64,000 nt of DNA. It comes from Paraspadella gotoi. Taxonomy: Eukaryota; Animalia; Chaetognatha. The position numbers and the translations under genes were made by a program. Location: contig CM119264.1 of assembly GCA_051294375.1 (NCBI GenBank), positions 6,903,814 through 6,967,813 on the forward strand, written 5' to 3'. The notes below the pieces were generated by a model that was given only the letters and a program-made list of their open reading frames with translations, ran no database searches and was not told where the DNA came from. This document shows, piece after piece, positions 1 through 13,500 of the stretch (its first letter is position 1; the number at the start of each line of letters is the position of its first letter).

Positions 1-1822
1 CAAAGGATCCAACTCTAGCTTACAGAGCTCGGATTCAGACCGTAACGAAAAGATACGTGAGTACTGTCCCCCGTCAGTATTTCACAGAGTCAATCCTGAC
101 TCTACGCAGCCTCCTTTGTTCTTCGGTCAGCCGAAGGTACATAAGCCCGTTTACCATTACGCCCGATCGTATCAGCCCGCAATTCCATTTTTAATGGAAT
201 GACGAAGGAGTTGGGGCGCATCCTCACTCCGCTCGTTGGTAATCAACACCACCTCCGGAACTCTGTTGATCTGACGGAAAAGCTGCAGCATATTATAGTC
301 CCGATACTCATCTCTTGGTCTCGTGTGATTTAAAGAGCATGTTTAAAAATATTCCCCAAGAATTGGCGTTACAATCAGCAGAACGCCGCTTGAGGGGGAA
401 GACCGGCAATTACACGAGCGTACGCCAATCCAATTGGATGACATCATGGCACTGCTACGGCTCGACCTGGAAATGGCGTACTTCAGGTTCGATGGACAGT
501 ACTACGCCCAGCCTGGTGGCTTAGGGATGGGCAAGTCGACATCAAGTCCTCTGGCAGATTTCTATATGGAGGACTATGAGGTGGAAGCTTTGTCCTCTTT
601 TCGATCGTTGCATGGGGCAGAGTCAATCCTCTTCTGGTATCGGAAAGCAGACGATACCATTCCTGGCCGTGAGACGAGACCTCATTGAGGATCTCCTGAA
701 TCACCTGAATGGGATTCATGTGAGTATTAAGTGGAATGTGAGGAAGAGGAGAATGGGTCAATTCCAATGCTCGATGTGCTTATACAGCGCAAAGAGGGCG
801 GCTCATTGGAATTTTCAGTATATCGCAAACCGACGCACACAGACCAATACATTCCCTTTGACCTCATGCCGCCTTATCTTCACAAGCTTGCCACGGTCAG
901 GTCCTTACCAGGAGAGCAGCATTGATTCCGTCGACACCCCGAGCTTCAGGCCGCCGAGCTTGAGCACGTCAAAAGAGCCTTGCGATCAATGGTTACCCAT
1001 TGTGGGCCTTCGAGAGGGCTAGGTACCGGCCGTCTGTTGGAGGGCAGTGGCCACCTAGGGGCTGCCCAAGTAGCCGCTGATGCAGTTTTCTACCTCCGTC
1101 CCCCAGGAGGAGAAAGGGAGCTTGCGGCTGAAGTGCCTACCGCGCCACCACCAGCGCAATTGGAAGATAAGCAGAAGCGCCAAAGAACGTGGGTCACTTG
1201 TCCCTCCCCTACCACCAGGGGATCACTGAGTCATTGGTGCGGGTGCTAGCAAAGCAGGGGATCTTCACCTCAGTGACGGCCCGCGGCTCTCTGCGTGAGC
1301 TATTGGTGAAACCGAAAAGATAAAATCCCCAGACCGAAACATCAGGAGCGTCTATTGGCGGCCTGTGCAGGGGCGGGCAACCAAGCCTGCACAGCAGCAT
1401 ACGTGGGCGAGACAGGAAAGTCTCTAACAGACGATTCCAGCAGCATACGAGACCCTATCGTGACGCTAGAGGCCACTACCTATCTGCTATAGCCGAACAC
1501 ACGGCTAATACTGGCCATCTATTCAGAGAATCGAGACTGTCTCGTGCTGTCCCATGACCCAAGCTGGTTTTCAAGAGGTATTAGAGAGGCAATCTACATC
1601 AAAGCCCTCGAGCCCTCTTTGAACCGTGATGAGAGACGATTCGATCTCCCTCCAAGCTATGATTCGTTATCAAAAGCGTGGTGGAGGCCCCGTCTCCACC
1701 ACGTCCGCACAATGATTCCCCCATCTCCACTCAACGAGAATAGGCGGAGACCCTTGCGCAGGCAATGGGCAGACGATACCTCTCCTTCAACTGCAGCAAC
1801 TCATTCCTCCTCTGTGGACTGA
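1..1822 (+). pseudogene. Frameshifted PLE reverse transcriptase / GIY-YIG endonuclease ORF
   Basis: Manual translation across frameshifts: PPLFFGQPKVHKP, LRPIVSARNS, LVSCDLKSMFKNIP, YYAQPGGLGMGKSTSSPLADFYME, WYRKADDT, PMLDV, SVYRKPTHTDQY, LPYHQGITESLVRVL, LRELLVKPK, AYVGETGKSL (~1397), SAIAEH..TGH, RGIREAIYIKALEPSLNRD. These are typical Penelope/Poseidon motifs, and there is no Neptune-type Cys linker. Confidence 0.92.
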
Positions 1823-2505
1823 GCGCCGCCCAAAGCGACGGCTGCAGGAGGAAGGGGGGAGGCCACCACTCTGTCGCGAAGTGGCAAGAATGGACAGCCG
1901 CCCACCTCGCCAGCAGGCAAGAAGAGGGCAGTCGGCAGGCGTACCAGGCCAGAGAGACATCCGAGTAGCCTTTGGTTTCTTCCCGCAAGGAAGTCTTCCC
2001 AGCTCTGCACTAGTAGGCTCCACCAACCTGTCTCTCCACAATGACACACCAATGACCCGACCTTATCAATCTAGCCTTTCATTTGTTCATAACCAAGGGG
2101 GGCCAGCTCATTTTTGAGCTCTTTCTTATTACTTGAAATTTCCCTTTTCCTAATTACTTAGCTATCCCTCACTAACAATAAATATTTCACATTTCTGAAC
2201 TTCTATTTCATTTCACTTACTGTCTATTCATTATTAAAGTTTACCAAATTTAACATTGTTTGTACATTCTAATGTAATAATATTTAAGCACATGTCTCTC
2301 TTCTCTCTCTTTCTTTCTCTCTTTTCTCTCTCTCTCTCCATTTCAATTTCTTTTCACAAACTATCTCTGTCCTCACCTTCCTGTCCCTAATAAAAACTGA
2401 ACACTATCCTTTCTCTCAAACCTGTGTTGGAAACTTTGCTCTGTCTCTCTCTCTCTCTCTCTCTCTTTCTTTATGCACAAAATTCTCTTCAAATTCACAA
2501 TTGTT

Positions 2506-2548
2506 GGCGCTGAAGAAGACTCGTATGTGAGTTCGAAAAATGTCCGTT
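2506..2548 (+). ncRNA. Minimal type I hammerhead ribozyme-like motif of the PLE pseudo-LTR
   Basis: GGCG-CTGAAGA-A-GACTC-gtatgt-GAGTTC-GAAA-AATGTC-CGTT: core CUGAnGA/GAAA, stem II GACTC/GAGTT, stem I GGCG/CGTT, GUC triplet at 2542-2544. Stem III has a mismatch (GAAAAATGTC versus the usual GAAACATGTC). Confidence 0.7.
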
Positions 2549-3295
2549 TCACTATGAATAAAATTCGTTGGTTAATCTCTCTTCAAACTTTGTTCTAATA
2601 GTTTTTCATATTTTTCACCCACTTATGATCAAATCATCTAAAAAAGAATATACTTTGTGTAGAAAACTTTTTGCAAGCTACTTGAATCTGATATTAAAAA
2701 ATATTAAAAAATATTAAATAAACATTCAAAAATTAATATATGGCGAATAGAGTAATATTAAAATTTTTTTGTCTTTTCAAAATTTTTTAAAAAGTCTAAA
2801 TTTTTGTTTCAGCAGGTGCTTAATTCGAATTTCTTCACTACCTTGTAAATTGTAAGTTAGGCTACCCCTAATAACAACGCCATTGCCAATGAAATTTAAA
2901 ATTAGAGCTCGAGATGATTGGTTCCAAAAAAACTAAATAGTATAACAAAAGAGAAACCGGGCAAGTTTAACATTGGGGGGAAAAGATTTCTAAATCCGTG
3001 GTGAAGTGACCAAGTAAACACAGTGAAAGGGTCCAAGTGAGATGAGGGTTGGGGAAATAAGTTAGAGGGTGAATAAAGCGTCTGGAAAAAAGCGTGGGAA
3101 CCGGTCTCGACGTCGGTGGCGAGTGAGAGGTGGGCGTGGCGAGGGAAAAGGGACGCCGTGTCTGGGACTCGGATGAATATTAGTTTCTGATCCAATTGAA
3201 AGAGATGATGGATTTTCCCGCGGAGGGAAACGCGAGCCAGGTGATCCAAGGTTACTCCTCGCCAAGACGGAAGGGGGTGGAGGAAGAGGGATATT

Positions 3296-3339
3296 TGGGA
3301 ATGGGGGAATGGGGGAATGGGGGAATGGGGGAATGGGGG
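3296..3339 (+). repeat. (GGGGGAAT)n tandem repeat, potential G-quadruplex
   Basis: Six G4-5 runs separated by AAT. Confidence 0.75.
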
Positions 3340-3469
3340 TAGGCGGGAAAGGAGGGGAATTGAAAGAAAGAGTTTAAAGTGAGAGTGGGAAAAATTATTT
3401 TAGAGTGGAAGTCAGAAATGAAAAGGAATAGAATATGAAAAAGGTGGAAATAAAGAGAAAAGAAAGAGA

Positions 3470-3519
3470 AAGAAAGAGAGAGAAATAAAGAAAGAAAGAG
3501 AAAGAAAGAGAGAGAAATA

Positions 3520-3579
<60 letters not shown>

Positions 3580-3700
3580 AAAAATGAGAGAAAGAAATAA
3601 GAAAGAAAGAAAGAAAGAAAAAAAGATAGAAAAAATGAGAGAAAGAAAAAAGAAAGAAAGAAAAAAGAAAGAAAGAAAAGAATAAATAAATAAATAAATA
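3470..3700. repeat. (AAAG)n microsatellite
   Basis: Directly visible. Confidence 0.9.
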
Positions 3701-3831
3701 AAGAAGTAACTAAATAAACAAATAACTAAATAAACAAAATTGAATAAATATATTGAAAAAAGAAAAATATTTGAAAAAGTAAAAAAAAGTATAAAAAAAA
3801 AGGTAGAAAGAAATTTGTCGGCTTTTCCTAG

Positions 3832-4689
<858 letters not shown>

Positions 4690-4690
<1 letters not shown>

Positions 4691-4979
4691 TTCAGTGAAT
4701 ATTCAGTGAACATCCACCATCGTTCAGCCAATACTATTGGTTCAGAGGGGGAACGCACCATCCCAAGTGGTCTGAAGACTGCTATCCGGAACTTCTTTCA
4801 CCCCATCTAACAGACATGGAACGTGTCCTGCGTTTGGAACCAGGCTTGGGGGTTTTTCATGTCCCCAAGGCGGTTTATGGCCGTCATCACGCTTCGCTCG
4901 GGTAGGTACCTTGTTGGGATTAAACCCGGTACCTATTGGTCATGAGCTGATGGCTTTACTCAATGAGCCACTGGATCAC
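4690..4979 (-). mobile_element. Putative tRNA-derived SINE
   Basis: The minus strand begins GTGATCCAGTGGCTCATTGAGTAAAGC (A-box-like) ... GGGTTTAATCCC (B-box-like, 4916-4927) with tRNA spacing, followed by a ~200-nt body ending in a short TTCACTGAATA tandem duplication. Confidence 0.55.
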
Positions 4980-5234
4980 AACTGAAATGTCATGCTTATA
5001 AGCGGGGTGAACTTAGGAAATGCCCAACTACAACGTGAGTAAGAACATAGGAAATAAAGCTGAAACGAGATGGAGAAAGAATTTCTCCAAAAAAAAGGGA
5101 AAAAAATTTAATAAAAAAGAAAAAATAGGAAGAAGGAAGAAGATTACTGAAGAAACTTCGAACGAAGATGAGGAAAGACGCCAAATGAGTGAAAGTAGCA
5201 CCATAAAACAGCAAATTTGATAGTTTAAAAAATG

Positions 5235-5321
<87 letters not shown>

Positions 5322-5428
5322 CCGAAGAACATTTATTGAACCTGGAAAACCACCTGTGCCAAGTTTCATTTTACCTCATTATTTCGTCTTAGATTGTCGT
5401 TCGAGTCAGGATATGGGGAACTTGTCCT

Positions 5429-5520
<92 letters not shown>

Positions 5521-5656
5521 CTTCCTCCATCTTTGGCATAAAATTAAGACATAAATTTAACTTTCCGCTCTTACAACGGGAAATAAAAAGAGGCTCATAC
5601 CTTCCACACTATATTTTCTTTTCCAACCTCCTCTCTCTCTCTTCTCTCTCTCTCTT

Positions 5657-5708
<52 letters not shown>

Positions 5709-5984
5709 GTCGGAACCGGAAAGACGCGACCGACTTCATAAAATCTGAATTTATTATCCAATCTTAATCGTCTTCTTCCTCTGCAGTCGTCATCGTCGTC
5801 CGTCGTCGTCTTCGTAGTCGTCGTCGTCGTCGTCGTCGTCTCTGTCGTCGTCATTTAGTTGTAGTGGTTTTCCTCGTTTTTTCCCCTCATCTTCTTAAAC
5901 TCGCTCGATCACGTTGTAATCGTCTTCACCATCGTATTTCTCTAGTTGTCGTTATCCTTCGTCGTCGTAGGACGTCGTTGTCAT

Positions 5985-6014
5985 CATAATTATCATCACA
6001 ATCATAATATTCAT

Positions 6015-6059
<45 letters not shown>

Positions 6060-6060
6060 T
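5985..6060. repeat. (CAT)n microsatellite
   Basis: Directly visible. Confidence 0.9.
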
Positions 6061-6254
6061 TTCGCCGTCGACGGAGTCCAAATCAACGCCGTTGTCATGC
6101 GTTGAGTGTCATCGTCGGCCCTGCCACCATGCTCCCCGCCATGTCTTTAAAGAGGCCATCATTCATATTTTTTTCTCCGCAAGGGGAGCTCGTTTTCGAG
6201 TCGATGTCAGACGGAAACGTCTTTTGGTTTAGAGAAAGAGATTTGGTAGACGAT

Positions 6255-6425
6255 CGGACGGATGTACGGATGGATTGATGAATGGATGGATGGATGGACT
6301 GAATTATGGATGGATGGATGGATGGATGAATTGGATAGACGTTCGGATGGATGCAACAAAACTCCTATTGATTGAGTGACGGATGGATGAAAGGATAGAT
6401 CAATGGATAGAGGAAGGATGGAATT
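6255..6425. repeat. Degenerate (GGAT)n microsatellite
   Basis: Directly visible. Confidence 0.85.
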
Positions 6426-7416
6426 TTGGAAAGCGATTCATAAGTATCACAATTACACACAGAATTTAGGGTCCGAAGAAATCTTTCTTTTTGCAACAAC
6501 GACGCGGTAGCGAAGTACTTCCTCCATCAGCCACTCTGTCTCACTCTCTGTTTCGCCCACTTACATTTCCTCGCATCTCCACTTGCTCCCACTCACTGGA
6601 CTCCATCGGGCGACTGTCTCCTTCGCCTCCTCCTTTTTCGCCTCCTCTTTCGCCTCCACCTCTTCGATTCCCACTTCTTTACTCGAGATTAAAAATCTCT
6701 CCTTCACAAACTTTTTGTATTTCATTCAGTCAGACTTCCTTTCATTTCGTTTCATCCCATATTGAATCCTTTAGTTCCATTTAATATTAGGTAATGAGTA
6801 TTGTCCTAATTACGTCTTTATCAGTTTGTTTTATATGATTTTATTATTATTTCTCACTTCCATTATAGTTCTTTAAATTGCACCATTTCATTTAGTTCCA
6901 TTCAACTCACCAGGAAATTTCTTTCATCAGGCATTTTTCCATTCATTTTCTTCATTTCTTAACTTCTTAATTTTTGTATTTATTTTATTTCCCGTCAATT
7001 TCTATAGATTTCTTCACCTTCCTTTTTCAACTGAGCTCAAACGTTAGATCAACCCGAGCCAGAGAACCCGGGTTCGATCCCAAACTCTTTTTTTTTCCTA
7101 AAGTTGACATCGATGAGCGGGATTGCACCGAGGATGCTGATGGAAGAGAGTTAACGTTTGGACAATGCATGTAACGAGTCGTTGTCATCATCGTCGCGAT
7201 CCTCTTGCTTTTTCTCCATCGTCGTCTTCGTCGCCGTCGTCGCCGTTGTTCTCGTCCTCTCCCGCGTTTTCTAACCGAGGGAACCATTTTGAAAAAAACT
7301 GCCCACTTTATTAGTCATTAGCGAAGCTCCCATCGCCTTGCATCGCCTTCCATCGCCTCTTCTCGTCTTAATCGTTCTTCGGATGGATTCGCTGCACAAA
7401 ACAAATTCAATTTGTC

Positions 7417-7451
<35 letters not shown>

Positions 7452-8878
7452 TTTTGTGTTGTTCCAAGAGCGACGACGACGACGACGATAATGACAAACT
7501 TTTTTTCTTATTTTGTCCTTTTCCGCTGAAGCGATGTCGTTCTAAAGGGGAAATACTGTCGTCGCCAGATTTAATGAGGTTTTAGGCGAGGATGGATTTT
7601 TAAATACAACTTATCAGCAGTTGATGATCTTTGCTTTATCAGTTCACTTTTTCAACACTTTTATTCTTCTTTATTGGTTGCTTATTAGTTACTTTTTATT
7701 AGTTACGTTTCGCTTTATCAGTAAGATAAAATCAATTAATCAATCAGAAATATATTCGGTTTTTTCCGACAGTCATTCAGTCGACAACGGGAAAGAGAAT
7801 TTGTTTCGTTAATTCATTCATATATTGTATTATTTTTTTTTCATTCAGTTAGTCTATCCCTGAGCCAGTTTTTTCATTCAGAAAGTCAAACGAGTTACAA
7901 CTCTTCTCCGATTCCTGAGAGACAATCGTTTCTAACTCGGCAACCGAGACACGATCTCTATTTTTCGTCATCCACCAACGGAATCGATCAAAAACCAAAA
8001 ACCAAAAACCAAAAAAGCTAAAAAAATCTTCCGAATTTTTTCGGTCAGCGAAAAATTTGGGGTCGAGAAGAAGACGATGTCTCGTGCGATGAAAACCAAA
8101 ACAGAATTGGAATTTGAAAAAAAAGAAAGAAAAGAAAATAGACAGACCGACCGGTTGATCGACGGACCGACTCAGGACTCGTTCTGTGATGTTTTTTGAT
8201 CGTCAGCTAAGAATTTGATTTATAATAATGATCTTTTGTCAGAATTTTTCATTTTTTTTTGTATCACCAAACTGATTTAAGTCATTTTAATATATTTAAT
8301 AGTATTTGTATTTTAAACTAAATAGCTAGTTTATTGACTTTTTTTAATTAATAGTTTCAACGTATTTCGAGCGTCGGGATAATTTTTGTTCTGGCTTTTA
8401 CAATTTATCCTACCAACCAACTTTAGCATTTTCCTGAGGTTTAAGAGAGTGATAATTCTGTAATCCCTACCATTCACTAAAGGCTGTAGAGTCTACAATG
8501 TAGTAGAGTCTACAGTGTAGAGGGTAAGGCCTACAGCGTAGGCTGTAGGCGAAATGCACGCAACGGCCTGTCATCCTCCTTGAGTCTTGACTGAAACGAG
8601 TCTCGCAGTCGGTAAAGAATAAATAAAAAATAGCGAATAAAATGTGAATAAAAAAGTAAATAATCCTAGAAAACGCTTTGCTTTATGGTTAAGCAAAGCT
8701 CGAAGTCCTCATCAGTCCCGAGTTCCTTTCACCGACGTCGTCATCTACATTTTTAAAAGATCTTTTAAACTTTTTAAAGATCTCTTTAACTTTCTCTCCG
8801 CGCGGTTTCAAAGCAACCATTAATTTTTTTTTTTTCCGTGTCACCTTCTCTCTCTTCTCTCTCTCTCTCTCTCTCTCA

Positions 8879-8964
<86 letters not shown>

Positions 8965-9197
8965 CTTCCTCCACTATTTCGATCTCTTTTCAAGTCCGAC
9001 CGCACNNNNNNNNNNNNNNNNNNNNNNNNNNNNNNNNNNNNNNNNNNNNNNNNNNNNNNNNNNNNNNNNNNNNNNNNNNNNNNNNNNNNNNNNNNNNNNN
9101 NNNNNNNNNNNNNNNNNNNNNNNNNNNNNNNNNNNNNNNNNNNNNNNNNNNNNNNNNNNNNNNNNNNNNNNNNNNNNNNNNNNNNNNNNNNNNNNNN

Positions 9198-9229
<32 letters not shown>

Positions 9230-10352
9230 AAGAAAAATAACATTTTCCAATCGTTTATTCTTGCTCTGCTTTATGTAATAAACATCAACGTCAAATCCAA
9301 TTTTATTTTTTTTCTGTTTTTCTTTTTTATTTTCTTAATCAACACGCGAATCGAGGTCTGGTTGAAATGCAAGGATTTTTCAATTATTAACCAAAACTGT
9401 TTCGCCGCATCGTCATGCGAGGCGAGAGGCGAAAATAACGTTTCTGACGCAAAACAGAGAAAGAAAAAAAACAAGAAACGAAGAGAGAGAGAGGAAAAAA
9501 AAACATTAATCAAACGAGAGAAAAGAAAAAAAATAATGAAATTTATAATTGAACTTCGCGGAGATGGAATTTATGATAAGTCGAAACGCGATGCGAGAAT
9601 AACGGGGGGAGCGAGAGAGAGAGAGAGAGNNNNNNNNNNNNNNNNNNNNNNNNNNNNNNNNNNNNNNNNNNNNNNNNNNNNNNNNNNNNNNNNNNNNNNN
9701 NNNNNNNNNNNNNNNNNNNNNNNNNNNNNNNNNNNNNNNNNNNNNNNNNNNNNNNNNNNNNNNNNNNNNNNNNNNNNNNNNNAGAGAGAGACAGAGAGAG
9801 AGAGAGAGCGAGAGAGGGAGAGAGGAAACCAAGGCCTCAGCGCGGCACATGACAGTCAAGGCCTAGCGCCTCCTTAAGGCGAGAGAGCGAAAAAGGGGAT
9901 GGAGAGGAAAGGAAAGAAAGACAAGGAGACAATGAGAAAGCCAGAGATAAAGAGATACAAAAACCAAGGAGAGAGTGAGATATCTCAGAAAGAGAAAGAG
10001 AGAGACGAAACCAAGGCCTTCACAAGGCGGGGGAGAGACTGAAACAGACANNNNNNNNNNNNNNNNNNNNNNNNNNNNNNNNNNNNNNNNNNNNNNNNNN
10101 NNNNNNNNNNNNNNNNNNNNNNNNNNNNNNNNNNNNNNNNNNNNNNNNNNNNNNNNNNNNNNNNNNNNNNNNNNNNNNNNNNNNNNNNNNNNNNNNNNNN
10201 NNNNNNNNNNNNNNNNNNNNNNNNNNNNNNNNNNNNNNNNNAGAGAGAGAGAGAGAGAGAGAGCGGTTTCACGTCTGCTTACGGCGCGAGTGAGACTAAA
10301 GCCTCACGGATTTGGCGAAGAAGATCGTCGAAGCGATGACGTCAAGATTCAA

Positions 10353-10569
10353 GAGAAGTTGATGGAGAAGTTTATGGAGAAATTGATGGAGAAGATTTTA
10401 GAGAAATTGATGGAGAAGTTGATAAAGAAGTTGATGGAAAAGTTGATGGAGAAGTTGATGGAGAAATTGAAGAAGAAGTTGATGGAGAAGATGTTAGAGA
10501 AGTTGATGGAGAAGTTGATGGAGAAGTTGAAGGAGAAGTTGATGGAGAAGTTGATGGAGAAGTTGATTG
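10353..10569 (+). repeat. 12-bp minisatellite GAGAAGTTGATG (~18 copies; reads EKLM in one frame)
   Basis: Directly visible. Variants are substitutions only, with no indels. Confidence 0.9.
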
Positions 10570-13500
10570 AGGACGATAATGCGGATTAGTAGTAGGTTCT
10601 CAACAACAACTCGATCTGCGAACTGAAATCTTTAAAAGTTGTCACCTTTTCTGGGAAAGTGGTCGCTGAATTATGTCGCAATGCAAATAAAGCGAGTTTC
10701 AGCCTTATTTTACACGAGTTCGCCAATCCTTTGCCCATTAATAACATTTAGTTCTCCAGTATCTAGTATGTCATTGGCCATCGATCTCTAGTAAAAATAT
10801 TAACAATAAAATAATCACTCGATCGACTAATCAATCAATAGAATATTATTATCTATTCACCAAATCGATCTAATCTCGGAACTAATTTCGGAGTGAAACG
10901 TCACCCAACCGACGAACCGAATCTTCGTCGACCGAATTTCAGGTTTTTCGTTTTGAAAAAAAANNNNNNNNNNNNNNNNNNNNNNNNNNNNNNNNNNNNN
11001 NNNNNNNNNNNNNNNNNNNNNNNNNNNNNNNNNNNNNNNNNNNNNNNNNNNNNNNNNNNNNNNNNNNNNNNNNNNNNNNNNNNNNNNNNNNNNNNNNNNN
11101 NNNNNNNNNNNNNNNNNNNNNNNNNNNNNNNNNNNNNNNNNNNNNNNNNNNNNNNNGCGCATCGCTTCGCTAATGAGATGCACCCCCGATACACCAGTCA
11201 ATCTTGTTAATGGGACTAACTTTCTGCAAAGTCAATTGTTGGTACAAGAAAAAAATATTTTTGAGCTCTTTTCTTTCTTTCTTTCTTCTTCTTCTTCCTC
11301 TCTCTCTCTCNNNNNNNNNNNNNNNNNNNNNNNNNNNNNNNNNNNNNNNNNNNNNNNNNNNNNNNNNNNNNNNNNNNNNNNNNNNNNNNNNNNNNNNNNN
11401 NNNNNNNNNNNNNNNNNNNNNNNNNNNNNNNNNNNNNNNNNNNNNNNNNNNNNNNNNNNNNNNNNNNNNNNNNNNNNNNNNNNNNNNNNNNNNNNNNNNN
11501 NNNNNNNNNNNNNNNNNNNNNNNNNNNNNNNNNNNNNNNNNNNNNNNNNNNNNNNNNNNNNNNNNNNNNNNNNNNNNNNNAACCAAAAAAGAAAAAAAAA
11601 CTCGGTCTACATAATGACTTTTTTTCCCTCTTCCATTGTCACCACCCCATCCCATGCCAGCCAAGCCCCAATGACTCTTTTACAATCTTCCATCGGCACC
11701 GACTCAACCCCAGGATTTCCATTTGACGACTTTCTTGCAATTGCAACAACCTCGTCTAAAAACTTCCCTCCTTTCCTCCCTCTCTCCTCTCTCTTCTTCT
11801 GCCACGAGCTTCAGCCCAGCTGACCCTTCAGACTCTTTTCTTTTCTTTCATTAAAATTGTAAGAGATAAATTCTTAATACATCAATCTCATTTGCATATA
11901 GTCGTAAATTATTTAAAGTCCCATTGATTTATGTTCTGTTTTATTATTAGGCATATTTTGAAGAAGTAACAAAAGATATATATATCTTTTGTTACTTCTT
12001 CATATAATGTGAGCCCACTCTTATAAAACCATCTAATACTAACAACCCCTTTCCCACTCTCTTCTTTTTTCCTCTCTCTCCTTATCGTAACCATCAGTCT
12101 TTTTACGCTGTTATTGATACCGTTACTGTTTATTAATTATGTTAAAATCATTTTTTTATTAAAACCACCTCAACCACCATCTTNNNNNNNNNNNNNNNNN
12201 NNNNNNNNNNNNNNNNNNNNNNNNNNNNNNNNNNNNNNNNNNNNNNNNNNNNNNNNNNNNNNNNNNNNNNNNNNNNNNNNNNNNNNNNNNNNNNNNNNNN
12301 NNNNNNNNNNNNNNNNNNNNNNNNNNNNNNNNNNNNNNNNNNNNNNNNNNNNNNNNNNNNNNNNNNNNNNNNNNNNNNNNNNNNNNNNNNNNNNNNNNNN
12401 NNNNNNNNNNNNNNNGTCATCATCGTCGTCGTCGTCATCATCGTCGTCGTCTTCATCACAGACTCCATCGTCAATTTCGTCGCCATTTTCTTCCAACGAG
12501 TGATTGAATCCTACCTTCGATTGTTGTTCTTCTCTCGCCTTTTCTCTCTTTTCCAATTTACTTTTTCTCCTTATCTTTCCTCATCATTATACTGTCCTTC
12601 AATATCTGGCCAAATGATTATTTCGATGTATCATTATTTTATCCACTATTGACTTTCGTTGCTCTCGGTTCTTCATCGTTACTTTTACATTTTGATATAA
12701 TATGATCATTCCTCTTTTTACTTTTTTCATTCATTTCTACCATATACATAGTACACCAATTCTTTTGAGCTTTTGCCGACTCTTTCCTCCTTTTTCTCTC
12801 ACCTTTTCTTTCTTTTTAAATCCTGTCTTCCTCCCTTTTCCTTTTTTTTCCTTCCTTTGATCTCTTCATTTTTATTATGCTTTCCTTCCTTTCCTCTCTT
12901 TTCTTAATTTCATTCTTTCCTCCTTTGCCCACTTCTTCTTTCCTTTCCTCCTTTTCCTCCTCCGAATAAACCCGGGTCGTCCGCGTTCATCACCTCCTCC
13001 TCCTCCTCCTCCTCCTCCTCCTCCTCCGCCTTGTCCTCTTTCCCTTCCTCTGGCAACGAGACTTTTGCGTTTCCCTCCTCCCTTGCCCTCGACGTGGGAG
13101 GACGACGACGACGACGACGACGACGACGNNNNNNNNNNNNNNNNNNNNNNNNNNNNNNNNNNNNNNNNNNNNNNNNNNNNNNNNNNNNNNNNNNNNNNNN
13201 NNNNNNNNNNNNNNNNNNNNNNNNNNNNNNNNNNNNNNNNNNNNNNNNNNNNNNNNNNNNNNNNNNNNNNNNNNNNNNNNNNNNNNNNNNNNNNNNNNNN
13301 NNNNNNNNNNNNNNNNNNNNNNNNNNNNNNNNNNNNNNNNNNNNNNNNNNNNNNNNNNNNNNNNNNNNNNNNNNNNNNNNNNNNNNNNNNNNNNNNNNNN
13401 NNNNNNNNNNNNNNNNNNNNNNNNNNNNNNNNNNNNNNNNNNNNNNNNNNNNNNNNNNNNNNNNNNNNNNNNNNNNNNNNNNNNNNNNNNNNNNNNNNNN

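Larger units (their letters stand above)
1..2640 (+). mobile_element. Penelope-like retroelement (Penelope/Poseidon type: RT followed by GIY-YIG endonuclease), cut by the window edge at its 5' end, with 3' UTR/pseudo-LTR
   Basis: RT and EN motifs in order, followed by a (CT)-rich 3' region, a hammerhead-like motif (2506-2548) and AATAAA (2557-2562). The 3' boundary is approximate. Confidence 0.9.

Noticed and set aside
7031-7081. tRNA gene (GGGTTCGATCCC B-box with weak A-box)
   Set aside because: No acceptor or anticodon stem could be formed; at most a SINE relic.
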